Positions 52,312 through 64,000 of a DNA stretch of 64,000 bases are shown piece by piece. The DNA lies in NCBI RefSeq assembly GCF_011386835.1, contig NC_088800.1, forward strand, positions 29,078,001 to 29,142,000, written 5' to 3'. The DNA is from Chrysemys picta bellii. Lineage: Eukaryota. Made by a program: the position numbers and the translations under genes. How positions within the stretch are numbered: position 1 is the first letter of the stretch; each line of letters opens with the position of its first letter. The notes beneath the pieces were generated by a model. That model made no database searches, had not been told where the DNA came from, and saw only the letters and a program-made list of their open reading frames with translations.

Positions 52312-52583
52312 GGCTACATCGACACAGCCTATGGCAGCAAGCCCCCCAACCTGGGTCAACAGCTTCACATTAGCACTCCAAAAATAGCTGTGGAGACAGT
52401 GTTTTGAAGTTGCAACTCAGATTAGAGCCCCTGCCCTAGGCTTCAGAGCCTGAGCTGCAGCCTGAGACAAGTTTAAAGCTGTGTCTACTCAGTTATTGTT
52501 AGAGTGCTAGTGCAAGCCCCACAAACCCAAGCCTGTCAATCCAGGTTAGGCAGCTTGCGTCTGCAGGCTGTGTAGACATACCC
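52312..52583. mobile_element. PIF/Harbinger-type MITE
   Basis: GGCTACATCGACAC ... GTGTAGACATACCC termini; flanks TAA / TAG. Confidence 0.7.
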
Positions 52584-52703
52584 TAGGTCTTTCTCCTGAG
52601 AGCTTACAGTCAATTTAGAACCCAGGAGTGGATATGACTAGCTCAAATTATTCGGTCCAATGCATATTACTCTGCATTTCTCAAAACAGAAGTTCATCTA
52701 TCA

Positions 52704-53214
52704 CAGGGGTGAGCAAACTTTTTGGCCTGAGGACCACATCTGGGTATGGAAATTGTATGGCAGGCCATGAATGCTCACGAAATTAGGGGGTGGGGGGTGC
52801 TCTGGGCTGGGACCGAGGGGTTCGGCAGGAGGGAGGGGGATCAGAGCTGGGGCAGCGGGTTGGGGTGGAGGAGGTGGTCACGGATGCAGCTCCCAGAACC
52901 AGTGGCATGTCCCCCCTCCAGCTTCTATGCGGAGGCACAGCCAGGTGGCTCTGCACGCTGCCCTGTCCACAGGCGCCAACCCTGCAGCTCCCATGGGCCA
53001 CAGTTCATGGCTAATGGGAACTGCTGGGGCAGCATGCAGAGCCCCGGGGCTGCCCCTAGGCCTAGGAGCCAGAGCGGGGAACATGCCACTGCTTCTGGGG
53101 GCTGTGAGGAGCAGGGCAAGCCCCGGACCCCACTCCCCAGCGGGAGCTCAAGGGCCAGATTAAAACGTCTGGTGGGCCGGATGCGGCCCCAGGGCAGTAG
53201 TTTGCCCACACCTG
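52704..53214. mobile_element. hAT-Charlie-type (MER58-like) MITE
   Basis: TIRs CAGGGGTGAGCAAACT / AGTTTGCCCACACCTG; perfect TSD ATCTATCA. Confidence 0.92.
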
Positions 53215-54817
53215 ATCTATCATCATGTTGTCCAACCATGTGGCTCTGTTATGACCCTCCCCCCCCACCCCCCCAAGTTTTTTTACACTCTTTTTTAGGG
53301 TTGCCCATCCTAAATATTTTTGCAAAGATACAAATTAAAAATTACCCATACCCAGTTTGCCAAATTCTTTCCTCATTCAAGTCCCTCCTAAAGATTTATT
53401 CACAATGCCCACAAGATGTGAATAACAACAACCACCAAGTTACTCCCTCCTCTGGCTTTCCCAGTGCACTTCTGTGTATGTCTTGTAGGCTGTCATCTCA
53501 TCAGAGCAGGGACTAGAGCACGTGGCTGGCACTTAGCAATAACAGCTACTGCTCACAAAACAGGTATAGGTTCACTAGGAATTCTGCTCATGTGACTGAA
53601 ACATCAGGACATAGTTGAGATTCAGCAGGCTAGTATGGGAAAAAACTAAAACACAGAAATCCAACCAGGCCAACACATGTTCATAAACTCATTTCAAGTG
53701 CTTAGGCATTTCTGAAATCACATATCCGTAGATGTTATTATAGTACACATTGTGTCCTGGATGCTGCCAGATACAGGCACAAAGGTCACAAGTTAAGGTG
53801 CAGTATTGGAATTAACTCTGAGAAGTGGTTGCATTCTTTCTACTACTGTACTAGGGCTAAAGTTGTTCTGACACAATTAGTGACAGATTCTACCATGATG
53901 GACTCTGTGGTGAGGAGCACAGTGTAGAAAGACAGGTAGCTAGATAAGATATTGAAGACAGACTGATAGCTAGAACACAGAGACTCCGTTTTTAGTAACA
54001 ATTACTGAGACACACACACACAATATAGTTCTGCTAGTTCTTTTTGTTTAAATTGTCACAACATATTAATATCCCTGGGATACTGGCATCAACTTCAAAA
54101 GTCCAGCAAAGCCCCAACTCACTGTTTTATTTTTATACCTCAGCATGTTAACATTAGTAATCTATTGCTCACTTAACTTCTTTGTAGGATGTAATGGCAT
54201 CTGCAGATGGTTCAGAAAGCTGCTGTTAGGGTACTTACTCCCACTAATCTATCTCAGCAAATCATTCCCACTCTGAAGTCACTTCACTGGCTTCCTGTTA
54301 GCTAGCTTATTGACTATAAAATTGCTCTCCAACTGCACCAGCAGTTTACCACTTTACCCTTCTGATTCAGAAGATTTGCTTTCTCACTCTGCTCCCAGGT
54401 CATTCTCTTTATCCTGGTCTCCACTGTACCTGTGCTGAACACTGCTAGGATAGCTCAGAACAAACATGTTCAGCATCCGTGGTTTTAATCACAGTTTCTG
54501 AAGTGGTGCTCAACACAGTTTGTCTTTGCCTACATGTGCAGCTAAATCTCATTCATCTCCAGTGCAGATGCAATACTGCCAACACCCAATGTCAGCAACT
54601 GGTAATTTTCCTAGTGTAGACAAGATTTATGTCCATGGATACTATGCTTCATACCATTCATAAATACCAGCTTGAATCACAAGCCATTGTGACTAATTAA
54701 CATTTGAGTTCACCAAGCATCTGGTTGTTGTTGACCTTGAAAGGGAGACAATGAGGTAGAGGACCGGATCCTCAGCTGATGTAAACTGGTGCACCTGTGT
54801 TGAATGCAAATGGAACT

Positions 54818-54908
54818 ATGCATCCGAAGAAGTGGGCTGTAGCCCACGAAAGCTTATGATCTAATAAATTTGTTAGTCTCTAAGGTGCCACAAGTACTCC
54901 TGTTCTTT
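54818..54908 (+). ncRNA. Solo Penelope-like terminal module with a minimal hammerhead motif
   Basis: GCAUCCGAAGAAGUGGGCUGUAGCCCACGAAAGCUUAUGA, near-identical to the 12221-12308 arm. It is inserted in a palindromic MITE with TATGC repeated on both sides. Confidence 0.75.
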
Positions 54909-55525
54909 ATGCTGATCTAGTCCATCTGTGGGTCTGGACCATAGTCTTTTCTTAAAGTATTTTTTAATTAACATGGTCTTATTCATACCACGTAACGCAA
55001 AACATAAAATCCCTTGGATTATTTGCACAAGAGGCTATATGCACATGTAAATTTACCTTGCATGCTAAAAAATAATTTCTCACACAAGAGCTTGCTCACA
55101 AGCAGTTCCAGTGAAGTCACTGACATTTCTCTGCTCTAAGTCGCTTTATCACTTGCAAACCAGTTTTTCTATGGCATACTGAACTATGCAAAGGGTACAT
55201 ATCACCTGGTACACCTTAGCCTGCAAGGCCCAAATATGGGACTTGTGTATGCAGGGAGAGGCGGACTGGCGAAATCTTAAAATATATTTGGTATTCATCT
55301 CTTTCTGATAAACAACATTTTCTGCTTCCTGTGTTTCACAACTCTGCCTTCCCAGTGTGAATTATTGACAGTAATTTTAATAAGATAGTAGCCAGTCATT
55401 GTAGGACAGGAGGTCATTTGGGTCCAAAGTGAGAGACAGCCTTTGTCATGAAGAGCAGCTGGGAGAGGGTACAGAAGTGTTTAGTGATCATTTAACAATT
55501 GTACTTCACATTCTGATATGAAGGA

Positions 55526-56364
55526 CTTTGGAGGACAGGATTAGAATTCCAAATGACCTTGACAAATCAGAGAATTGGTCTGAATGCAACAAGGTGAAGT
55601 TCAATAAAGGTAATTGTAAAGTACTGCACTTAGGAAGGAAAAATCAAATGCTCAAAACATAAAATGAGGAATAAGTGTCTAGGCAGCAGTACCGCTGAAA
55701 CAGATCAAGGGTTATAATAGATTAGGTATCACACATAGAATATGAGCCAACAATATGAAGCAGTTGCAAAAAAAAAAAAAAAAAAGGGCAAAATGTTATT
55801 CTGGGGTGTATTAAGAGGAGTGTCACACATAAAACGTGGGAGGTGATTGTTCCATTGCACTCAGCACTGGTGAGGCCTCACCTTGAGTATTGTGTCCAGT
55901 TTGGGACACCACATTTTAAGGAAGATGTGGAAAAACTGGCAAGAGTCCAGAGGGGAGCAACCAGAATGATAAATGGTTTAGAAAACCTGACCTATGAGGA
56001 AAGGTTACAAAACTGGACATATTTAATCTTGAGTCAAGACTGAGGGGGGGACCTGATAACTGTCTTCAAATATGTTAAGGGCTGTCATGAAGAGGATGGT
56101 GATCAATTGTTCTCCATGTCCTCTGCAGGTAGGACAAGAAATAATCAGCATAAATCTGCATCAGGGAGACTTAGGTTAGAAATTAGGGGGGGAAATCTAA
56201 CTATAAGAACAGTTCAGTACTGGAATAAGTTACCAAGGGAGGTTGTGGAATCCCTATTACTGGAGATTTTTAAGACCAGGTTAGACAAACACCTGTCAGG
56301 GATAGTGTAAGTATACTTGGTCCTACCTCAGTGTAAGGGGGATGAACTAGTTGACATCTCAAAG
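55526..56364 (+). mobile_element. 5'-truncated CR1 LINE
   Basis: RT C-terminal remnant IVPLHSALVRPHLEYCVQFGTPHFKEDVEKLARVQRGATRMINGLE, followed by a CR1 3' tail. Confidence 0.92.
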
Positions 56365-58694
56365 ATGAACCTTTAAGCCAACAATCAGCATATAGATGAT
56401 GTTCCCAAAATACTGTAGACTGGGAATCCTTTTCCTGCCCACTACCCAGAGTTCACTGTATTTAGACAGATTGGGGTATTTCTACTGCTGATGATGCTAA
56501 TTTAAAGAACTGAAGCCTACGGACCTAATTCTGATTTCACATATGCTGGTGTAAGATTAAAATCAAAGCCTTTGTTTAAAAGATAAACAAACAGACAAAC
56601 CAACCCTACATTTGTACAAAGTTTCATGCCAGGTTAAAAAAAAAAGTGAGGTTTCACCTTTAGAAGTCCTTTCTAATTCTTCACCCTCTGCCTGGGATGA
56701 TCCTTAGAATTAGCATTCTGCAATTTAATTAGTGTTAAATGGCAAGAGTTCAAAAATTTTTAGCTGTAAAAGGGATAAGAAGAAACATTTCTAAGGCTAT
56801 TTATGTCAATTCTCATTCAGACTTATCTGTCCAGTTCCCATGATCTGAAATCTTAAAGCTAGTCTCAGCACATTTCCTTAAATATTCTTAGCATGCTTTA
56901 CTGATTCAGAGTTGGTTTTTCCATTGTGCTGATCACAAATCATCAGACAGAAAAGGCCTCTCTTTCCTCTCTGACATGGGGAATGAGTTTGCAATCCATC
57001 TGCCTTTATCATTCATTTGGGTGCAAATATGATTTGAATAGAGAGCTTCAAACAAAGGCTTTTACAATCTTTCAAAGGCAACATAAATGGATAAGGACTG
57101 GCTAACTGAAAAATTCACTGCGTTTTTCTCTGATCCATATTAGGAGAATCTCTCCAGCGTCCCAAGAGAGATTTGCCCATGTCACAGAATAGCTATACAC
57201 TTTGGAATAAGCAGCTGCTGTTGCATCAAAGATTCCCAACTTTCAGTGAGAGAAGGCACTGATTCGCCAACCCTGGGTGGTCTCCATAGAATAAAGGTTG
57301 AGGTATGTGGGCAGAAAAGTCTGAGAAATTCCTGAAGTGTCCTCTCACAGTTTCCAGCTCAGGAAGAAGGAAGTGGCCTTTGTTTAAAGTTGTTTGGGGG
57401 GGACAGGTAATATCCTGCCTTAATGTGACAATGTGTGGTGTTTGCACAATATTAATCAAGCAACATCAACAAAAAAGAGGTAAGCGTGGCAGGTTGACAT
57501 CTTGGCCACTCCCACGTGGAGTATTAGGGTTCAGCACGATTGTGTCAATCACCCATGGGAAGTGTTAATGATTTAAAAAAAAAAAAAAAAGACTCTATAT
57601 GACTGAATTTCCCCTTCAGCCTCCCACCAACAAAAACAGAGGTGGTGAAAAAAAAAGACACAGAAAGAATGGACTTCACTCAAATACTCCCTAATACAGC
57701 TTCACCTAAATCCAAAGGGAACTGAGATGGTCACGCAAAGAGTATCAGAATGAAATGTATAATCCTTGATCTAAGGAACAAATCTCATTCCCAGAAGATG
57801 GAGACAATTGCTCTAACAAAGATAAACACCAAGGGTCAAATCCTGAAGCCTATACTCAGTCCCAATTCAGACCCTCTTCAGAATTTGGCCCCAAGAATTT
57901 AGTATACCAACAATAAATAGTTCTATAGATTTATCTATTAAGAAACATTTCATATTTTTATTTCACAGATGTTACAGTGTATCACAGGGTCATTTTTTTT
58001 TTTCAAGACCAACTCCTAACCTCAGGCTCTCATATATCGTTCTGAAGAATTGCAGATTTATACCAGAGTCCTTCCTTTTGCCAGCTGAAGTTCAAGGCAG
58101 AAAATTTCTGAAGCTGCTGGATCAAGGACATACAATATTTTATGGCTAATGAAGGTCCTCTGGCAGTACATGCCTAGAATGCACAACTATATTCCTCAAA
58201 ATAAGGGATCTCTCTGTTGTGTTAATCTCTAAAATGTACACTGGTTTCAATGCCTTTCCCTAACAACAGTGTGTTAGTAAGAGGTCAAATGCAATTGTTC
58301 TTCATGGGGTATTTCAGTATCTGTGTCCATTCAATCCTTGCCTCTGTGATAAAACTACCAATAAGGGAGTCCATTTAATGGCAATTGTAATGGTAGTTTT
58401 CTGAGCTGAACAGCTGTTCACTAGCAACTGGACTTTGACTACCAACAATTTTCACAGGCTGCTGCAAAGCCATCAGATTCTACTGACTTGTGCCAGATAT
58501 TAAAAGAAAGAAAAAAAACACTACTCAGCCATATTTTCTGTAATGCTTCAAGTTTTTGGAGCTCATTTGGATCAGATAGTATAGATTTGCCATTTAAAAA
58601 AAATTAGGAATAGCAGTAGTATTACGGTAACTCCTGTTGTCCCCAGCAAAGATTGAGGCCCTATTATGGTAGACCCTGTACAAATTCCTAGTAA

Positions 58695-59042
58695 GGGCAT
58701 GTTTACTGCATTGTCACCCTGGATCAGACTCAGGTTTGAGCCCAATCTTCACAGCTGACCACACACAATTTTTTCTGACTCAGGTCTGCAAGCACTCCAG
58801 ACACAGGTCCTTGGACCCACCTGGGGGGGGGGGGGGGGGTAGGTCCAAGCCCTGTCATTTTGCAGTGTAGATGCATCTCAAGCCGCAGACCTGAGTCAGA
58901 GGGACTGTATAATGCAGTATGGACATGTTAGCATGGTTGTGAGATGCAGGTCCAGCAACTGTAAACTCAGGTTTACAATGCTGTGTAATGCTGAAGCACA
59001 AGTCCCACAGACCCATGTTTACTATACAGTGTAGACATACCC
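58695..59042. mobile_element. PIF/Harbinger-type MITE
   Basis: GGGCATGTTTAC / GTAGACATACCC termini; perfect TAA TSD. Confidence 0.85.
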
Positions 59043-60119
59043 TAAGTTGTAAGTGCCCAGGCACAATGAATGAGGAAGGGAAAGTGTTACTAGACATGTA
59101 TTGCTAATCCATGGATGATAGGTAACACATGGTTCAAAAAGAGGATGAGTCATGTGGCCGCCTCTTGTGGCAAAGACTGCAGTAGAGCATTGGACAAGGG
59201 GGGAACTAAGCTCAAAAGAAACAAGATTAAAGTACAGGAAGTTATGGGCAAGTGCAGCAGAGAAGTTTGTGCAAGCAGGACAAAGAAGGATGTGTAAAGG
59301 AGAACAAATGAACCCATTGAGTGTAAATGAAAGTGCATACAAAGAAGCAAAGCAAGCTGCCACACCGCAGTGAAAAAGGCCAAAGAGAATGTCCTAAATG
59401 ACCTGAACTCCAAGCTTGTAAACTACTCACACCCCACAGATGCCTGAAGTTGTTGCAGCAGCTGTGCAACACCATTAGTGTCCCCAGCAGGGGCGCACCC
59501 TCCAGATTGGTCTGATATGGATTCTGGGACTCCCATTCCTGGCCCTGGCCTGTTGGTTACCCCGCAAGGCTCACTCCTGTCCCCCTCAAGTACACTCTGA
59601 GATGGACAATTTGAGCCTGGATGCTGCACTTCCCTGAGGCCCGTGCAACCACCACACATTGTCACATTAAGGCAGGATATTACCTGTCCCCCCAACCTCA
59701 GTCTGTTGCAAAACACACTCATCCCTGGAATCAGCCTCACCCCATCTCCTGGGTTCAGTGTAGAAGAATGTTGTGGTTCTGGGCAGCCCAGTACACTTTG
59801 GAAGCCCCCATAGTGCTGTGGAAACAACCTCACTGACCACTTACCGCAAATGGTTGTGCCAGAGCTTGCACCTTTAAAACTTTCTGCCCTTACATTCCAA
59901 GGAGGTGAGTCAGTGCTTCAAAGCTGACCAACACCACTTTTTTGCAGCACTTTCTGACCTTGTTCCACCTACCCCCCACCATAAAGCGCTACTGCCTTCC
60001 TCCGGCAAGCCTGGGTAACGGCACCCCTGCTTAGAGTGCAGGGCGGTCATTATCCACCACACCCACAAAAGCTTTTTCTGTATCATCACTTCCCAGAATA
60101 CATTCCCCCAATCTTTGTT

Positions 60120-60540
60120 CTGAGATGTATATATTTACATTTAGCCACATTAAACTGTGTATTGGTTGCTTTTGTGCCCAGTTAACCAAGTGACCAGGTC
60201 ACACTGTATCAGTGGCCTGTCCTCTTCATTATTTACCACTCTCCCAATTTTTGAGTCACCTGAAAATTTTACCTTTGAAGATTTTATTTTCTTCCAGGTC
60301 ATTGATAAAAATGGTAAATACTGTAGGGCCAAGAATTGACTCCCTATGGAACCCCACTGGAAACACACCCATTTGATGACGATTCCCCATTTACAATTAC
60401 ATGTTGAGACTACCCTATAGCCAGTTTGTAATCCATTTCGTGTGTGCCATTTTAATTTTATATTCTAGTTTTTTAATCAAAATGTCATGCAGTATCAAGT
60501 CAAATGCCTTACAGACGTCTAAGTATATTAAGTCAAAAAG
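60120..60540 (-). mobile_element. CR1 LINE RT fragment
   Basis: Minus-strand remnants DLIYLDVCKAFDLILHDILIKKL and KVKFSGDSKIGRVVNNEEDR. Confidence 0.85.
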
Positions 60541-61492
60541 TATATTACATGTCTGAGCTGGCCATGCCCTACCCCCTCTTCCTCCAGCCAATATCATACA
60601 GTTATTGGGCTGTGCTGGCTCCATGCAGGATGTGTTAAGTGTATCTCCTTAGTTGACATCACCAGAGTGAATCTCTGAGTGGGAGGATCGAGGCAGGGGC
60701 AGCACACAAGCTACAAAATTACTTTCCTCTTTGCCAGCATGGATGAGTCTAGTCCTATAAACTTAAAAATTCATGACCTATGTTTCACATAGCACCTTCA
60801 TTTAACTGAATAAAATTATAAAGATCAAATTCAGTGTTTTATGTTGTTACAGTTTATCATTACTCTCAACTTGGGCAACGTATATAGACTAGTTAGATTC
60901 TAGACAATTTCTCTTTCAGTTTCTCCTGAACTAGCAGTAGGAACTTGTTTGGAACCTGGATGGGGAGTACAGGTTACTAGAGACAAGAGTTGGAGAAGGC
61001 TCTAGGAAGTCAGTCTATGTGTCAATACTAGGAATGCTGAGCCTGGTTTTGGAGCAGTATAATAAATAATTGCTTTAATACAGAGAGTTTGGTATGATAA
61101 GAATAGAATTGTCTCCAGTTATTACCTAGTGCACAGTAAATAAAACACTAGCTAAATGCAGCAGTGCTTGGGCTGCAAACATTAACAATAATAATTAGTT
61201 TAGATCATGACTGGCCCAGCCGTGGGAAAGAAAAGGGTTCAGTGCATTGTGGGAATTGGGGAAGAGGACTATTGAAACTCTGGACCTGGTACACAGCTCT
61301 TTTCCCTGTTTGTCGATTTATACTGTAGGACCTTCAAGGCAGGCACTTAGCTGCTGCTTCTTTCCCATATCCCATCATCTGGAGTTGGGTTGTCAGGTAA
61401 GCATCCTCCACCCTCATCTGTCTGAGATGGCACTATATGCACCTATTTATCACCTTCTTTGACACAATCAATCCATCACTTCTTCATCTTAC

Positions 61493-61658
61493 CTTCATGT
61501 CTCTTTCCTACCCCCTTCTTCACTAGGGCTTCTTCTTTCATCTTCTGTATGAGTCTGAGCCAGCAAAGTCGAGCTTCCCGGTAATCATTCGCAAATGGTG
61601 TTACAATATCCTCCTCCTTCCTGTGGGTCTCATTTTTGCAGATCTCTTTGCCAGCCAG
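61493..61658 (-). CDS. Candidate internal exon (166 nt) of an unidentified gene
   Basis: Acceptor CCCTCCCTCTCCCCGCACTACTCACAG| and donor GAAG|GTAAGA. Only one frame is open: LAGKEICKNETHRKEEDIVTPFANDYREARLCWLRLIQKMKEEALVKKGVGKRHE. The product is not recognised. Confidence 0.45.
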
Positions 61659-63103
61659 CTGTGAGTAGTGCGGGGAGAGGGAGGGAGGGCAGTGGTGTGG
61701 TTGAAACCCCTGGGCACATGTCAACTCACTGGTCATTAAGACAGATAGCCTTCTAGAATAGGGTTGAGCTTCCTGAGGGGGCCGGGGCTCCTCATTTGAT
61801 CAGACAGCTTCCGAGATAATTTAATTGCTACACGTTGAAAATGGCAGCAACCACTGATCTACATTGGGCCCCCCAACATTGCAGTTTCACTAGTTTTTAG
61901 CAACAGGGACATTTTTATAAAATTCCTCTAGGCAGACAAGATTTTATAGGGCTTAATATTTCTATGGCCCAAAATTCCCATTAAATGCTTTTGATTGATT
62001 AGATAGATAGATAAATATCTCTCCCTTGCTATATCAGTGTAATGAAAACGTAGAACAGGAGAATGTTGACCCACTGCTTTCCACCAGTCTGAGACTTATA
62101 AACCATCCTAAATTATCAGTGGGAGCCTTGTGTGAAAAAACTGGGAAGACGGAAGCTTGTTAAACTTGAAGCTTGATCTGGATGTTCTCATCATATAAAG
62201 TTCTGTCTCCTCAGCACATAGCATGCCATGAAGCAAGCCTCTGCTGACAGGAATAAAATCAGCACACACTAAAGTGAGAACACACCTGCAGAAAGCCTGG
62301 TTGCCAAGTTAGCTGCCTCATCCAAATTCTTCACAGCTGCTTGGTTATTCTCAAATTGAATGGCAACAAAAAACACCTCACTGTAGTTTACAAAGCCGCG
62401 TTACTAAATCACTAACAACATAGAATCATTTCACCATGCTACTTCTGATAGAAGCACACACACAAAGAACATTTGTAATAAGTGACAGAGGTTAGAATTG
62501 CTTAACTGCCTTTTTATCCTCACCTTCAGCCTTATAAATAATCCTCTATTTAAAAAAGACTTACAGGAGAAACTATAAAAACAGAACAAGCAATTAATGA
62601 GCCCAATCCTGCTCTCCCTGGAGTCAGTAGAAGAGAATCTAGGAATTGCACATGAAAGGTCATCAATTCAGGTAAATACTGTTCAGTTAGTCTTCATTCA
62701 GATAAGTTCTTACTAATTTTAATGTCATCTTTTCCCATAGAATAACGAGGATCTTGATCAAGTGGCCCAAATTAAAGTGATGAGTAAATATTTTTTCATA
62801 TTTTAACAAAAAATGAATTTCAATTTGTTTCATTAACAATTTTCAAATTCTAATGAATTGTAACAATAATTACCAAATATTGCTATTTCTAAAAAATTCC
62901 CCCCACCTATGTCAATCAGGTCCCAATTCTGTCAGATGAAATACCAGGTTTGATAAATATAGAGTTTTGGTAATTATTACCCATTAATAAGGAGAAAGCA
63001 TGTTATAGATAGAGGTTAAAATATAGGACTCTCAGTCACGGGACATGGGGTGCTTTCTCATCTTGGCCACTGATTTGATATGTGCTCTTGAGCAAGACAC
63101 TAT

Positions 63104-64000
63104 GGGTCTGGTACTATTCAATATTTTCATTAATGACTCGGATGATGGAATGGAGAGTATGCTTATCAAATTTGTGGATGACACCAAGCTAGGAAGGGTT
63201 GCTAGCACTATGGAGGACAGGATTAGAATTTAAAATGACCTTGACAAATTGGAGAATTATCTGAAATGAACAAGGTGAAATTCCTTAAAGACCAATGAAA
63301 AGTACTACATTAAGGAGCGAAAAATCAAATGCACAAATACAAAATAGGGAATAACTGGCTTGGTGGTAGTACTGCTGAAACAGATCGGGAGTTATAGTAG
63401 ATCACAAACTGAATTTGAGTCAGCAATGTGATACAGTTGCAAAAAAAGCTAATATCATTCAGGGATATATTAAAAGGAGTGTCATATGTAAGACACAGGA
63501 GTTAATTGTCCCCAGTCTATTTGGCACTGGTGATACCTCTACTAAATTCTGGGCACCACACTTTAAGAAAGATATAGGAAAATTGGAGAGAGTCCAAAGG
63601 AGAGGAACAAAAATTATAAAATATTTAAAGGAAGTGACATATGAAGAAAGATTTTAAAAAACTGGGCATGTTTAGTCTTGAGAAAGATGGAGTGGGATCT
63701 AATAACTGTCTTCAATTATGTTTAAGGCTGCTATAAGGAGGATGGTGACCAGTTGTTCTCCAGGTCCACTGAAGATAGGGCAAGAAGTAATTGGTTTAAT
63801 CTGCAATGAGGGAGATTTAGATTAGATATCAGGACATTTTCTAATTATAAGGGTTATAAAGCTCTGAAATAAGCTTCCAAGAGAGGCTGTGGAATCCCCA
63901 TCAGTGGAGGTTTTTAAGAACAGGTTGGACAAACACCTGCCAGGGATGGTCTAGGTATACTCAGTTCTGCCATAGCACAGGGGGCTGGACTAGATGACCT
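63104..64000 (+). mobile_element. 5'-truncated CR1 LINE running to the window end
   Basis: LVLFNIFINDSDDGMESMLIKFVDDTKLG (FADD-like motif), WAPHFKKDIGKLERVQRR and a 3' tail. Confidence 0.92.

Larger units (their letters stand above)
51628..53240 (-). mobile_element. Degenerate CR1 LINE with nested insertions
   Basis: A reversed CR1 3' end (GGAACATAGG...CTGGATCAG) and reversed RT-region remnants. It is interrupted by a short CR1-tail piece (~51878-51927), a Harbinger MITE and a Charlie MITE. Confidence 0.6.

Noticed and set aside
52746-53516. 256-aa ORF
   Set aside because: It runs through a TSD-bounded MITE and out into flanking DNA, so it is a chance read-through.
57397-59693. The 44-bp inverted repeat interpreted as TIRs of a 2.3-kb DNA transposon
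   Set aside because: There is no TSD and no transposase remnant between the copies. It is kept as an unexplained finding instead.
55526-64000. Similar sequence at 55.5 kb and 63.1 kb suggesting a segmental duplication
   Set aside because: The similarity is confined to the CR1 bodies and the flanks differ, so these are independent LINE insertions.

Overview
This is AT-rich vertebrate genomic DNA. The repeat families (CR1 LINEs, Penelope-like elements with hammerhead termini, hAT/Harbinger MITEs, LTRs) look like those I recall from turtle genomes; that assignment is an inference and was not checked by a search. I cannot name any intact host protein-coding gene. The window is mostly nested transposable elements, and many boundaries can be read from terminal inverted repeats (TIRs) and target-site duplications (TSDs). 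The main elements are a decayed Penelope-like retroelement (~6.0-9.3 kb, minus strand) split by two hAT MITEs, a full-length decayed hAT transposon (11361-15942) that is part of a four-level nest, and a full-length decayed Chapaev transposon (44629-47161). There are also several solo LTRs and CR1 fragments. The non-repeat signals are a CpG island at ~19.2-19.8 kb and a candidate minus-strand exon at 61493-61658. Most worth following up: (1) a composite hAT element (22913-23797) that appears to carry a captured signal-peptide-like first exon; (2) minimal hammerhead-ribozyme modules, one forming a perfect 88-bp-arm palindrome; (3) an exact 44-bp inverted repeat 2.2 kb apart with unrelated flanks. 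Nearly all short ORFs in the supplied track are spurious.
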